Positions 50,441-63,616 of a DNA stretch of 64,000 bases are shown here, in pieces. This DNA comes from Squalus acanthias. Its lineage: Eukaryota. How positions within the stretch are numbered: position 1 is the stretch's first letter; every line of letters begins with the position of its first letter. The notes below the pieces were generated by a model. That model did no database searches, was not told where the DNA came from, and saw only the letters and a list, made by a program, of their open reading frames with translations. The position numbers were made by a program, and so were the translations under genes. Location: assembly GCA_030390025.1 (NCBI GenBank), contig CM059432.1, forward strand, positions 49,602,001 to 49,666,000, in the 5' to 3' direction.

Positions 50441-52309
50441 ATGGCAGATCCACGCCCCAGGGAGAGAGCCCGCAGATTCTATGATCAAGCATTGGAGGCA
50501 TTGGTGTTCACTGTGGAGAGACAGAGGGCGGTTCTCTACCCGGCAAGTGGCAGGAGGCCCTCGCTGCAGTCTTCCATACCATGTGGAGGGAGATAGCGCA
50601 GCACATCTCAGGCAGCAGTGTGATCCCCAGTGCAGGAAGAAATTTAACGACCTCACTCTGGTGGTCAGGGTGAGTGAATGCTTCAACAATTGATACATAC
50701 CACCATCTGAACCACAGTCTTCACACACTGCCCAGCACTCACCCACCAACAATCTCTACCTACCAACACTCACACCCACATCTCACACCTTGCACACAAT
50801 GACAGCTATTCAACTATGACAGGCACATCACCCAAACACATTGCTTCACACTCACTCACACACTTTCCATTCTTTTGCAGGCCAAGGTGGCTCACAACAG
50901 GAGGGAGCAGGTGTGCACAGGTGGGGGACAAGCCGACACCCAACCACTGTCTGTGCTGGAAAATAGAGTGCTGCTGATTAATCGGTGCCAGGTGGTGGGC
51001 ACCATGGCCACCGGCGATGTTGAACCCCTTGGGGACAACAACGGTATGTTCATTTCGACTCCTTCTTCTCACATCCCACTTCCCCCTCACCCCACAAGCG
51101 TTTCACACTTTCCAGCTAATAATGCTGTATGCATGCATTTCTCCCTTCCTGCCCCGCTCCCCTCACCTTAACCCAACTCTTGTGCCTTTATGCTTTCAGA
51201 TAATCAGCAAGCACCTGAGCAGCCTGTCCCTGAGGGCACCATAGAGAGCGATGCGGGAGAAGAGGTGGAGGAAGAATACACCGCGTCACTGCATGTCTCA
51301 CCCGCAAGCACCAGCTCAGACCCTGGCACTATGCATTCTTTAGAGGCTAGTATAGTAGTGGGATCACATAGGGTGATGCACCAGGGACGAGTGGGCTGCA
51401 GCAAGGCAGGGGGAAAGGGTAGCTCGGGGGCCAACTCCCCGGAGGTTGAGTTCGCTTGCGAGTTCTGCTGCACAGGTCTCAGATGAGGATCTCGATGGGG
51501 AGGCCTTTAGAAGAAGGGTGATGGGCATGCACATGGAGATGATAGGTGCAATGGCAAGGATGCCCAAGAGCCTCTCGGCAATGAAAAAGAGCGTGGAGGA
51601 GTCCACGTCCAACATTGCACAAGGCTGTGTGCACACCACGGAGCCCATCATATCCAGTCTGCAAAGGATGGTAGACTCCCAGCGAGACTGTGATGAACCA
51701 GACCTGATGCCGCGTGTAATGGGCGATCTGGCAGCTTCCATTGCAGCACAGGTGGAAGTGATGCAACGTCTTAGTGCTGTACTGGAGTGTATGCTTGGTG
51801 GCATCCAATCTCAGACTGCTCTTCTGCAGTCTCAGCTTGATGCCATGCAAGCTCTGACTGCTGCCATCGTAGCTGGGTCTATCACCGTCGACCAGGGGCT
51901 TTCACGGTGTTGCAGCAGGCCAGCAATCTGTGCTCCAACAGATTACTAGGGATGCTGAGGTGCTGCCCCGGGGAGTGAGTCAGTGGAGCAGGAACCTGCT
52001 GTCCTCTCTCAGGATGACAGCATTCCTGCTTCCACCACTACCACTCCGCCATTGCCCTTGTCGCTGCCTGTCATCCAGCCAGCCCAGACTGCTGCCGCCC
52101 ATGCTGAGGTGGTGCAGTCTACAGCCGGGCCTTCCTGGCCCAGAGCTGGTTGAGGACGTCCTGCAAGGCCATCTGAAGTCTCCCACATGGATACTCAGCA
52201 GCCTTCCACAAGCCCTGCTGCAGCCACTGGGCCAACACTTCATAGGAGTACTAGAGTAGGCAGAGGCACAGTATTGAGTGGTGCTAAGAGATTGCACAAG
52301 GGTGAATAG
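50441..52309 (+). pseudogene. Harbinger Myb/SANT gene (exons 50441-50669, 50881-51043, 51200-52309)
   Basis: MADPRPRERARRFYDQALEAL, QCRKKFNDL|gtgagt, cag|AKVAHNRREQVCTGGG; GT-AG sites; frameshifts. Confidence 0.88.
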
Positions 52310-52474
52310 TTAATATTTTTGGTGTAAATATGTGCTCACTGATTGTTGATAAATTTATTAATTCAGTTTGGATTCTTTTGTAGTGTGTCTCATTTCAGCT
52401 TTGCGCTGTGATATGGCCTGCGACAGGGATGGAATGATGGGGATTTGGTGAGCAACAGGGATCTGGGATTTAAT

Positions 52475-53656
52475 TCATTCGAAGCGCAGTCTGATGAAGC
52501 AATCATGGACCGCCCTTCCAGAAGGACGATTGAGTGGCTGCCTCCTCCCTCACTCCTGTTCCTCCTCCTCCTTGTCCTCCTTGTCATCCTCCTCATCTTC
52601 CTCTTCCTCATCATCCTCCTCCTCCTCCTCCTCCTCTCCCTCTCCTGAGGTGATCCTGCAATCTCTGGTGGCAAGGGCTGGGCCTTCATGATGGCCAAGT
52701 TGTGGAGCATGCAGCAGTCCACCACGAAATGGGACACCCACTCAGCCGAGTACTGGAGGGCTCCTCCTGAGCGATCAAGGCAGTGGAACCGTTGCTTGAG
52801 CACCCCGTGGTCTGCTCGTGGCAGCATGGCTCTCATTATACGAGTGCTGGGCAGGAGTGTTGGGGTTGCGGATGGGAGTCATGAGCCAGGTGGAGAGCAG
52901 ATACCCCTTGTCTCCGAGCAGCCAGCCGCGAGCTTGACGTGATGGCTGGAAGAGTGCTGGCACAACGGTCTGATGCAGGATGAAGGCATCGTGGCTGCTG
53001 CCAGGATAGCAGGCATTGACATTGAGAATTTGCTTTCTGTGGTCGCACACCAACTGCACATTAAGTGAGTGGTAGCCTTTGCGGTTACGAAAGATCTCAG
53101 GATTGTTATGAGGTGCCTGCAAAGCCACGTGGGTGCAGTCAATGGCACCCTGCACCATGGGGAATCCCACTATCCTGGCACGCTCGTCCTGCTTCTCTCT
53201 GGTGATGGGGAAGGAAATGTAGTCCCTTCTCCTACTGTAGAGAGCCTCTGTGACCTCCCGGATACAACGATGAACGGAGAACTGCGAGATGTTAGCTATG
53301 TCTCCTGTTGCAAACTGTAAGGATCCGCTGGTGAAGAAATTGAGGGCGACGGTGACCTTGACTGCCACTGATGGAGCCGTGATCGCCCTGATCTGAGGCT
53401 GGAGGTCTGGTTGCAGGAGGTGGCAGAGTTCTGTGATCACCTCCTTGGTGAAGCGGTGCCTTCTAATACACTGCTCCTCACTTAATTGTAGCTAGGAGAA
53501 GTGCTCTCAGAATACCCTCGGAGGGTAAGGCCTCCTGTTGAGAGCCCTCATGGCCCTCCTTTTCCCTCTGGCCACATGTTCCAGTCTTTCTCGCTGCCTC
53601 CGCTCCCTCCACCGTAGATCCTGGAGGGCGAGCTCCACTGCCAGTATAGCCCCCAT
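52475..53656 (-). pseudogene. Harbinger DDE transposase (HARBI1-like)
   Basis: ORF 52775-53440 GAIDCTHV, NRKGYHSLNVQLVCD, YPGSSHDAFIL, LLGDKGY; C-terminus in 52390-52836; frameshifted. Confidence 0.93.
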
Positions 53657-54449
53657 TAATGGAACCAAGTGTAGCCGTTTGATTTTTTAAAGAATAAATG
53701 TAGCTACTTTTTAGTTGCCACAACACTCCTGATACTAAATAATATTGAAATTACGGAATGAGACTGTTGCACTATGTGAAACTGACAAGAAAGCACTGAA
53801 ACTCCACTAACCTACAGCTGCGACTCATTACTGATGATCCCTATAAATAACATCCCTGGAGCCAGCAACCTGTTGCTTCATGCCAGCTCTCCCTGTTGCT
53901 GTTTCCTCCAGGCGCTAAGGTAGGTAGCAATAATCAATTTTGCAGATCGGGCGGCCAGTGAGCGTTGCACACTCACTGACATCACGATCCACCTGTCGTT
54001 GTGGCTCCCCGCGATAACTGTTAGTGGAGGCGCTGCGGGGGGTGGTGGGATTTGCGGTGCGGCATTGGAATTGCCTCGGCCTGGAGATAATGTGCTAGCG
54101 CCCCATTAGCGCCATCTGCTGGCACTAACGGGAGGAGCTAAGGTACTGAATTTTTCTCCCTTTGACTTTAATAATGCTAGCTGATTGTGAATAATTGAGA
54201 GTTTTGAAATCCATTATATCAGTCAGAATTGAAATTGTGCCTCCCGCTGTGATTGTGTTCGTGCTTCTCTAGCAGGCTGGGATGGCAGCCAAATGGGAGT
54301 CTGTGCACCCCTGCAAAAAGCCATTGAAGGAGTAGGTAAAAGGGAAGCTCTTTAATGACAAGAAATAGATATACATGCACACACTTGTTTCAATAAAAGA
54401 CTGTTTGTAAAGTACTATTATGATATGGTGTTTGAATGTGAAAGAACAG

Positions 54450-55090
54450 AGAAACAAGCGCTGGTCTGAAGAATAATGATGCAGCAGTAGGAGGTGGGTG
54501 TTGGATTGACTATAAGCTTTCTCTTTTTATTCAAGGTGTGATGGAGTAACTATATTGCCAGGGGGAGGGAGGATTCTTGCTCTGCAGAAGGGAAGGAATT
54601 ATTAGTGGCATAGGACAGGGTCAAGCGAACATCTTGGAAAGTTGTCAGGGCGGTTTGTGGTTGTTGCTCTTCGTCTACCTCCAAATAGAACACTTTTAAA
54701 TGAATATTGCTGAGCATGCAGGAAAAATACATTCCCAAAATCAGCAAGATCCAACGAAGCAAACCTGACCCTAAATGAATTAACAAACAAATTAAAAGTG
54801 AGATAAAGAGGAAAAATAGCTTGTACAATTCCTGTAGGGAGAAAGGAGAAAAGGTTCGACTTGGCTAGATTCATGAAAGTGCAGAAACACTTTAAAAGGG
54901 TGATTGGAGGGGCAAAGAGAGACCAGGCAAAAGGCATAGCAGCTGAAGCTAAGCAAAATAGTAAAGCACTCTTTCAGTGCCAAAACAGCAAGAGGACAGT
55001 CAAAGAAGAAGTGAAAGCCATAATAGATGCAAATAGGCTTGAAGCTGAGAATGAGCAAAAATTGTATTATGAATGCCTACTTCCACCAAG
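54450..55090 (+). mobile_element. Old CR1 ORF2 remnant
   Basis: ORF 54861 FKRVIGGAKRD...AKQNSKALF resembles the CR1 EN-RT linker. Confidence 0.5.
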
Positions 55091-58000
55091 GATTCACAAG
55101 TCAACTTCGTGCTGCCTACTCATTATAATGATTTCTGCATGCAGCCATCGCTAACCTTGCTGTTAATTGGCTGCACACATCAGCAGGGGATCCAATATTG
55201 TTAGTAACTTGCACTACTTCAAGCTAGCCTGCACGACTTAAAGCTAGCCTGCACCTCTTAAAGAGGAGGTGCATTGTGGCTGGAGCAGATGCTGGGAGTC
55301 ATTCTGAAATTGAATCTGACCTGGGAAAGAGTGAAGAATTTTTATTTTTTTAATTCATTTATGGGATGTGGGCATCGCTGGCAAGGCCAGCATTTATTGC
55401 CCATCCCTAATTGCCCTTGAGAAGGTGGTGGTGAGCCGCCTTCTTGAACCGCAGCAGTCCGTGTGGTGAAGGTACTCCCACAGTGCTGTTAGGTAGGGAG
55501 TTCCAGGATTTTGACCCAGCGACGATGAAGGATCGGCGATATACTTCTATGTCAGGATGGTGTGTGACTTGGAGGGGAACTTGGAGGTTATGGTGTTCCC
55601 ATGCGCCTGCTGCCCTTGCCCTTCTAGGTGGAAGAGGTCGTGGGTTTGGAAAGTGCTGCCGAAGAAGCCTTTGGTGAGTTGCTGCAGGGCATCTTGTAGA
55701 TGGTACACACTGCAGCCACGGTACGCCGGTGGTGGAGGGAGTGAATGTTTAAGATGGTGGATGGGGTGCCAATTAAGCGGGCTGCTTTGTCCTGGATGGT
55801 GTCGAGCTTCTTGAGTGCTGTTGGAGCTGCACTCATCCAGGCAAGTGGCGAGTATTCCATCACACTCCTTACTTGTGCCTTGTAGATGGTGGAAAGGCTT
55901 TAGGGAGTCAGGAGGTGAGACACTCGCCTCTGACCTGCTCTTGTTGCCACGGTATTGATGTGGCTGGTCCAGTTAAGTTTCTGGTCAATGGTGACCCCCA
56001 GGATGTTGATGGTGGGGGATTCGGCGATGGTGATGCTGTTGAATGTCAAAGGGTGGTGGTTAGACTCTCGCTTGTTGGAGATAGTCATTGCCTGGCACTT
56101 GTGTGGTGCGAATGTTACCTGCCACTTATCAGCCCAAACCTGAACATCGTTCAGGTCTTGTTGCATGCGGGCATGGACTGCTTCATTATGGCTAACCATG
56201 GGAGAGAAGGGGCACCCAGGTTTTTGGATGCTGCACTGGAGGTCTAGGTGGAAAGGAGGAGAGATGTCCTGTATCCTTAAGGGGGCAGGACCCCCCCCCC
56301 CACCACAAACACACGATGAGAAGGCAGTGGGAACAAATATCCGTGGAGGTCAATGCCAGGAGTTTAGCCCCAAGGACCTGAATGCAGTTCTGCAAGAAGT
56401 ATAATGACCTCACATGAGGAGTGAAGGTCAGTGAATGCATCTTCAAATGCCATATCCTACCAACTACACCATTAGCCTCAGCCACTGCTCAATTCACCAC
56501 AGCTCCATCACTTACCTACCAACAATCTCTATCAATCAGAACTCATACCTAACATTCATATGCTTCACCTCACCCTCACACACTTAGCACTGTTGCAAGC
56601 GCCACATCTCACACCTTGCACACACTGCCAGCTATTCAACCATGACAGCCACATCACCCAAACATATTGCACAACACTCACTGACACGCTGCCCTCTCTC
56701 TTGCAGGAGAAGGTGGCGCACAACCAGAGACAGTGGTGCACAACCAGCGGCAGCTGGAACTGACTGGAGGGGAAGAGATCCGTCTGCATGTTCTAACCAC
56801 CATGGAGGAGATGGTGCTGGCCATTATGGGAAGGGCCATTGCTGAGGCCTTGACCACCGGCAGGGCTGAATCCATTGAAGATAACGGTATCCTCATACAT
56901 AATCCTCCTTCTCACATCCTACTTCCCCTTCATCCTGCACTCTCTTCTGACTTACTTTCTCCTCTCCCCTCACCACAACCCAACCATTGTCCTTTTTCAT
57001 TTCAGATATCAAAGAACTGCAACCTGGCCAGGCAGTGGTGAAAGAGGAAGAAGACAGTGATGATGAAGACACACGGTCACTCGATTTCACACTCTCAGCC
57101 ACCAGCTTAGATAGTGACACTGTACATATCTTAGACGATAGCATAGAGGCAGGATCTGCACGTGGTGAGACACCGGGGCACAAGTGCGCTGCAGCCAGGG
57201 CAGGGGGCAAGGAATGTGCAGGTACCAGCTCGCCGGAAGGTGAGGTCGCACACGAGTTCTGCTGCAGTGGATTCAGATGAGGACTTTAATGGGCCAGGCC
57301 ACAGAAAAAGGCTGATGGGTGTACACACCAAAATGCTTGGTGCATTGAGAAGTCTTCCAGAAAGCCTACGTTCAATGTCGAGCATGGAGGAGTCCAGCAC
57401 CAACTTGACACAGGGCTTTGAAATTTGGAGCCCATCCTTTCCAGCATGGAACTGGTGGCCAACTCCATCAACACACTTGTGGACCCAATGCAGCATCTGA
57501 TGGCCGATATATCAGCTTTCATTGCAGCACAAGCAGCTGCCACCCAACATCTGAGTGCTGCAGTGAAAGCTCAGACTGCTTCCATCATGGCTTCGGATAT
57601 CAGTGTTTAAAGGGGCTTCCAGGTTGTCACACCAGTCCAGTAATATGTCCTCCAACAGAATACTAGGAATGCTGAGGCACCATCCCAGGTTGACAACATC
57701 CGTGCTTCCACCCCGCCACTCCACCAGTGCCCTTGCTGTTGCCTGTCAGCCAGCCAGCCCAGACTGCGGCCGCCCTGCCGAGATGGTGCAGTCTGCAGCC
57801 TGGCCTTCTAGGCCCAGAGCTGATCGAGGTCGTCCTCCAAGGCCATCTGCAGTCTCCTTCATGAAAGTCAGCAGCCTTCCACCAGCCATGCTGCAGCCAC
57901 TGGGGTAGCACCTCGTAGGAGCACTAGGACAGGCAAAGGCACAGGGAATGCAGGCATAAAGGAATGCACAAGGGTGATTCTTTAATTCTGTATGCACTAT

Positions 58001-59447
58001 GGCATGATTGAATTTATAAATTTGGATTGAAATGTGTATTTTGTGTTAGCTTTTATTTTTGCATTGTGGGCAAGAGGATGATGTGATGGTCAGTGACAGA
58101 GGGAAGGTATGGAATGTGGGACTGTTGATGAATGGGGGATTGGGGTTGAGGTTACTGGTATCGCACTTGAAGGAGTTCTTCATGTACAGCTCGGGCTGAA
58201 AGGGGCTGTCTAGGTTGTAGCCTCTTCCTCTTCCTCCTCTTCTGCCTCCTCCTCTTCCTCGATCCTCCTCCTCCTCCTCATGCTCCTGCTCCTCAGTTTT
58301 CTGCCTGATAGGTGGTGGCAAGGGCTGTTCCCTCATGATGGCGAGGTTGTGCAGCATGCAGCATACCATCACAAATCTTGAGACCCGCTCAGCCGAGTAC
58401 TGCAGACCTCCTCCAGAGTGGTCCAGGCAGCGGAATCGTTGCTTCAGGACACCAATGGTCTATTCTATCAGATTTCTTGTGGCAGCTTGACTCTCATTGT
58501 ATGCATGCTGTGCACGTGTGCGAGGGTTGCGAAACGGAGTCATGAGCCATGTCAGCGGATAGCCCTTGTCTCCCAGTAGCCACCTTTTGGTTTGCCATGG
58601 TGGATGAAATATACAGAGGATTACCACAGAATGAATGCATCATGTCTGCTGCCAGGATACCAGGCATTGATCTGCATGGGGTTGGGGTTGTGGCTGCAAC
58701 AGTTGGCAGGTTTCAGTGATGACCTCCTTACTGAGACACAGACGTCTCAAACATTGGTCGTTACTGAAGTTCAGGAAGGAGAATTGCTCCCTGAACACCC
58801 TGGGAGGAGATGGCCTCCTGCTGAGAGCCCTTCACCCCCTCCCTCTCCCTCTTCTAGCAGCTTGTCCTGCTCTGCATGATCTCTGCTCATTCTCCCAGTC
58901 ATGCTCGATTCCAAGAGGAAGGCCTACTTGTACAGTCATATCTGGGAGCAACTCGTTTGTGCAAAAGCCTTGAAGTCAGCAAAAATACTTCAGCACCTGC
59001 CACACCACTCTCTGCAGACTTTTGAAACTTGAAACAACTATGGAAAGCACCAAAACGTGTGGAATTATAGCAACAGCCAGAAGAAATCAACCGGCAACTA
59101 ACCTGTAAGTAGTTGATGATCCCTTTAAATAGCACTGGTGGGGGGTCCTTCCTGCTGCTTAACATCATGTTTAGCTGTGCGAGGTTAAGAGAGGGTGTAG
59201 GCTGGAGTGTGGAGCTCCAAAATGGTAGTGCTGGCGTCAAATCAGCATTGCACGCTGATTGATGTCATGATCTGCCTGCTCTGCATACTTCCAGCGGGCA
59301 TTAGGTGCATGCGCTAACCCCTTACCAATATGGTGTCCAGCGCACCGCTTGTCAGATGTGTGTGCCCCCACTGTGGATGCCATTTTGAAACCTTAAGGGG
59401 CATCATAGCGGCCAAAAAACAGGCGCTACCAAGCTTAATTTCACCCC
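55090..59447. mobile_element. Harbinger transposon, left end not found, LINE-interrupted, transposase internally deleted
   Basis: Myb exons on plus (56188 to about 57977); HARBI1-like pieces on minus (about 58150-58940; CCMLHNLA); right TIR AATTTCACCCCC. Confidence 0.85.
55340..56187 (-). mobile_element. 5'-truncated copy of the LINE at 466-3736
   Basis: Near-identical to 474-1322; A-rich tail; inserted at the Myb start codon. Confidence 0.93.
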
Positions 59448-59449
59448 CA

Positions 59450-61228
59450 TAATGAACAACGTGTCCTCATCCAAACAATGATACCCCAAGTAAAGTCACT
59501 AACATTGTTTTAAATGAGATGGAATTCCTTGGACAAGATAATTGAGTGGAAACTAATGGGCCGAAACTTGATCCCGGGACGCGAGAGTACGCACTGCGTA
59601 CTCTCGCGTATTCCCACTCCAATTGCCGGTTTTCTGCATGCCCTGCGCATGCGCTGAAAACCGGCAATTGCTCTTCTGAAAAGGGGGCGGGGCCGGAGTG
59701 CATCGCGTGCGCGCTACAGGCTGCGCGCACGCTGTGCACTTCATGCTTTGGACGCGCAGGTAAGTACTGAAGATTTTGGAAATGTAAAAAGGAGGAGTAA
59801 GACCCGCTTTTAAGAAGGTAAGTAGTGAATTAAGTATTTTTTTGAATTTTTTTTTTACAGGTATATCTTTTTTATAGACTTTAAAGACAGGTAAGTTTAT
59901 TTTTATAACTTTTTAAAAGATTTTAAATTTTTTCAAAAATTTAATTTTTTATTTAAAATGGTTAATTTAATTAACTATACTTATTTTATTAATGTGATGG
60001 TTTTTTTTTTAAATTTAATTGAGGTTTAGCTGTTATTTTGGGGGGGTGTAAGATTCATAAGTCTCTCAGCCATGCTGTGAGACTTATGAATGGAAGATGG
60101 TGTGCTGCCATTGGCTCTAACTGAGTCACGTGATCCCACAGCTCGCACGAATTAACTACGCCGCTGGGATACGCAAGCCCAGCACAGCTGATGTCTGGAA
60201 CATCAATTTCGTGCGAGCTGGATCAGAAAAAGCATAAGCGAGGTGAGACATCGCGGGAAAGGCTTACCCCCGCGGGAACAGAGCGAGATCAATTTCTGGG
60301 CCAATAAGTCCCCTGGGATAGATTGCATTTATCCCAGAGTGCTGCGAAAGCCTAGGGAAGAAATTTGTGAAACACTGATAATCATTATTAGGTAGTCAGT
60401 GGATACTGGGGAGGTACCAGTAGATTAGAAACAGACTAATATGGTACTATTGTTCAAAAATAGACACATGCAAATACAGACCAATTAGTCTTACGTAAAA
60501 TAATGGAATTAATTATCAGAAATAAACTTGAGGATCATCTGTACAGTAACCTAGTTATCAGCATTCAGCATGGATTTAGAAAAGGAAGATCCTGCCTGAC
60601 CAACCTCCTTGACTTCTTTGAACAAGTGACAATCCAATGGACTGTGGTAAGCCCTAAGTAACTCAACGTCCAAAAAGCTTTTGACACAGTTCCACATGAA
60701 AGGTTATTACTTAAACTCAAAGCTGTGGGGATTCAGGGTAAACCCTGGGAATGGATAAGAAACTGGTTAAAGAGTAGAAAATACAGTAGTCATTTGTGGA
60801 ATTATGTCAGATTAGGCAAAAGTGCTGAGTGAGGTGCCTTAGGGATTGGTGCTGAGACAACTGCTATTTCTAATTTACATAAATAACCTGGATTCAGAAA
60901 CTCAATGCAAACTGGTCAAGTTTGCAGATGATACCAAACTAAGAGGGACATTAGAATCAGAAGAGACAATTCAAAAAATACACAATAAACTGGACAAGAT
61001 CTGTAAGTGGGCAGAACAATTTAATGCAGACAAATTTAAAATGTTACACATAGGAAGAACAAATAGACAACATGCATACTCAATAAATGGTGTTGAAATA
61101 GCTAGGATGATGGTGAAAGAGACCAAGGAGTCTAAGTAGACTGGACACTAAACATGTCCAACCTCTGCAGAGCAGCAATCAACAAAGCCAATAGGATGAT
61201 GACTAGCATAACCAAAACAGTAGGCTAT
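59450..61228 (+). mobile_element. Old CR1 RT region split by a MITE
   Basis: TNKSPG across the MITE; QHGFRKGRSCLTNLL; ORF 60846 IYINNLD...KFADDTKL. Confidence 0.8.
59558..60302. mobile_element. Harbinger-type MITE (hairpin family)
   Basis: TIRs GGGCCGAAACTTGATC / GATCAATTTCTGGGCC; TSD aat. Confidence 0.9.
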
Positions 61229-62967
61229 GGCCGCGATTTCCCCTACCTCGGCGGATCCGGTGTGGACGGGGTTGGTGGTGGGTCCCGACCTTGCTGCTGG
61301 CTCCATCCCGCTGTCCAAAGTGATTTTACGCTGATTGGCCTTGTTAAGCCCGCCCAGCACGTTTGCCGGCCAATTGAAGGAAGCGGGTCTGATGACGTCA
61401 CTTGATGAAATGTCATCAGCCAGTTTCCTAAAAGGGACCACGCGCAAATTTATTTTGACAGTTGTGCTGTCAGTGTTCTACAGTATTGAGGTGCTGCAAA
61501 CACTGACAAGCATTGCAAAGAGGTGCACAGCTGCACCGAGGCTCTCCCATGACTCCCTCCATATGCTTATGGAGGGATTCATAGCACACAGGGAGGTTGT
61601 CTTTCCTTCCATGGAAAATACCTCCCCAGGAGACCAATGCAGCCTGGTTGCACATTGCACAGGGGGACACAAGCAGGGATGTCGTCAGGAGGACCAGGCT
61701 GCAGTGGCGCAAACCTTTCAATGATCTCAATAGATCACGAAACGTTACTGCAAAGTCACGCTCAACCTCATCCTGCTGTGCCACTCATCACATCCCCATC
61801 ACTCTGCCTTCCCTACCCTACTCCTGCACATCCTTACTCATACCAACTTACCTTGCACCTCCACCCATCCCTCTCGATCTATATTATCACATCCCCATCT
61901 CACTAGCCAACCCTCACACTCACCCTCATCCTAGTGCAATCATACCAACTAACAACACACAAGGGTAGGCACTTGGGTGTTTTAGCCAATGTTCATGTGA
62001 AGTTTCTGTTAATGTGGTGTCAAACATTGAAATCTTTATTTTCAACACTTTGCGTTCTTGGACAGATTTGTGTGCACCTTTGGAAGTGGCTTAGTGAGTT
62101 GCAGTGAATGGTGAGACATAACGGTACCCCCCGCAATAGCGATGAGTGTGGAAGGAATAGCTTGGGCATTGTAGGGATGCTTTATGGCTGGTGCCAACCT
62201 GGCGCATCATGTGGCAGTCAGGGTGTGCAGCACCAAGTGAAGTAAATCTGGCCATGGTGAGGCCATCCCTGGTCTCCCGGGCAGCAATGTGGTCGGGTGC
62301 TGATTCCCTGCGTCCTGTGCAGCATCAGTTGATTGCAGAGAAGGTTGGTGTTGTTGGTACTGCTGGTGTGCCTGGTGCTGCTGGTGTTCGGGCTGATCGT
62401 GGTGGGATTCTGAGGACCAAGGTGAGATAGTTTCAAGGGCACCGATGCTGATGTGATAGATGGCAGGTGCAGTTGAGATGACAGAAGCGATCTGTCAATG
62501 GTGAGAGAGGTTGTTCCAATGAGGTGACACTGGATACAGAGTTTACTCCAAACACTTGCAACCTGCATAAATCTGTCTTCCAAATGCAGTAAGCAACAGC
62601 TTCTGAGCTTGGAAAGTGAACAGCTGTGAGATGGGAGCTTTTATATCACATTTGCAACTGTCAAGTAAAGAGATGATTTCATGGTAACACAATGGACCGA
62701 AGGGTCTCTTTCTGTGCTGTATAACTCTATGACTCTATGAATCTATAACTCCCGACCTGCTTACCTGACATGATCCCCAGGCAGCGTAGACCCCATGCGC
62801 GACCTCGTAAAATGGTAAGGTGAGCTCAAAATACTTTTTAAGTGGCTCTTAACAAGGTCATAATGACCTAAATTGCCTCCCCCGCCGCTGCATGTCGGGT
62901 CTGTTGTACATTGACAGACATGACATCTGGGAAAGTCACATGGTGGCGAGTTGACAGCGGGTTCCCG
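61229..62967. mobile_element. Harbinger deletion derivative (Myb exon 1 plus transposase tail), right end displaced by an LTR
   Basis: Starts GGCCGCGATTT; APRLSHDSLHML, AAWLHIAQ...RTRLQWRKPFNDL; minus 62235-62420 homologous to 33990-34150. Confidence 0.7.
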
Positions 62968-63616
62968 TGTGAAGGAATAAGCCATATTCAGAAAAATACA
63001 CCATTCTATGAAATAATTCTGGCCTTTGTAACATGACAAACTGGGCTTGAAAATCTAAAAACCTAACAATGGAAAAGCTGTAAACAGCATGCAGGCTATT
63101 GAGATAAGATAAGTTGTTGACACTGAATCAATAGCCTTATTGAAACAGGAGGTTGGAGGTTCCTGAAAGTCTGCAGCATTGGAAAAAACACAATGGTACA
63201 CCTAGTTAAGGTGTTTTAAAGTACATTTCATAAATAGGCATATAAAAGAAGAAACATATGCCTTCGTAAAAATGACATCAAGTAAAAGAAACACCTGCCG
63301 TCAAATCGTTTTTATGTTAAACTTGGAACACCTACGGAGGGGAGACACGAGTCTGTGTTACAACCAACTGAGGTGATTAAGAATTGCATAGATCATCCTA
63401 GTTAAGGTGTTCTAAATGCAAAAGATACAAACAGAAGACCTTGGTAAGAATGACATCAAATAGATGCACCTGCTCCACACCATTTTTTATGATAAGCTTC
63501 GAACACCTAAAGGTAGAGACACGATTCTTAATGCTACCAGCTGAACTGACTGTAAGAATAGCAGGGGTCAACAGAAAAATGACTAGAGATAATTAGCTTA
63601 CATCAGCAGAAAACTT
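62968..63616 (+). mobile_element. LTR 5' part, same family as 26372-27295, with internal tandem duplication
   Basis: TGTGAAGGAATAAGCCATAT...CAGAAAAATACACCATTCTATGAAA matches the reverse complement of the 27295 end. Confidence 0.85.

Larger units (their letters stand above)
50082..54160. mobile_element. Full-length PIF/Harbinger transposon (disabled), convergent Myb/SANT and transposase genes
   Basis: Imperfect TIRs GGGCTTTAAATTCA / TGAATTTTTCTCCC; TSD ttt; both genes present. Confidence 0.92.

Noticed and set aside
52475..53656. Host HARBI1 gene
   Set aside because: Frameshifted, inside TIRs with a Myb partner, and present in several copies; it is a transposon gene
63010..63024. AATTCTGGCC as right TIR of the 61229 element
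   Set aside because: Lies within the LTR that starts at 62968 and is also present in the 26372 copy
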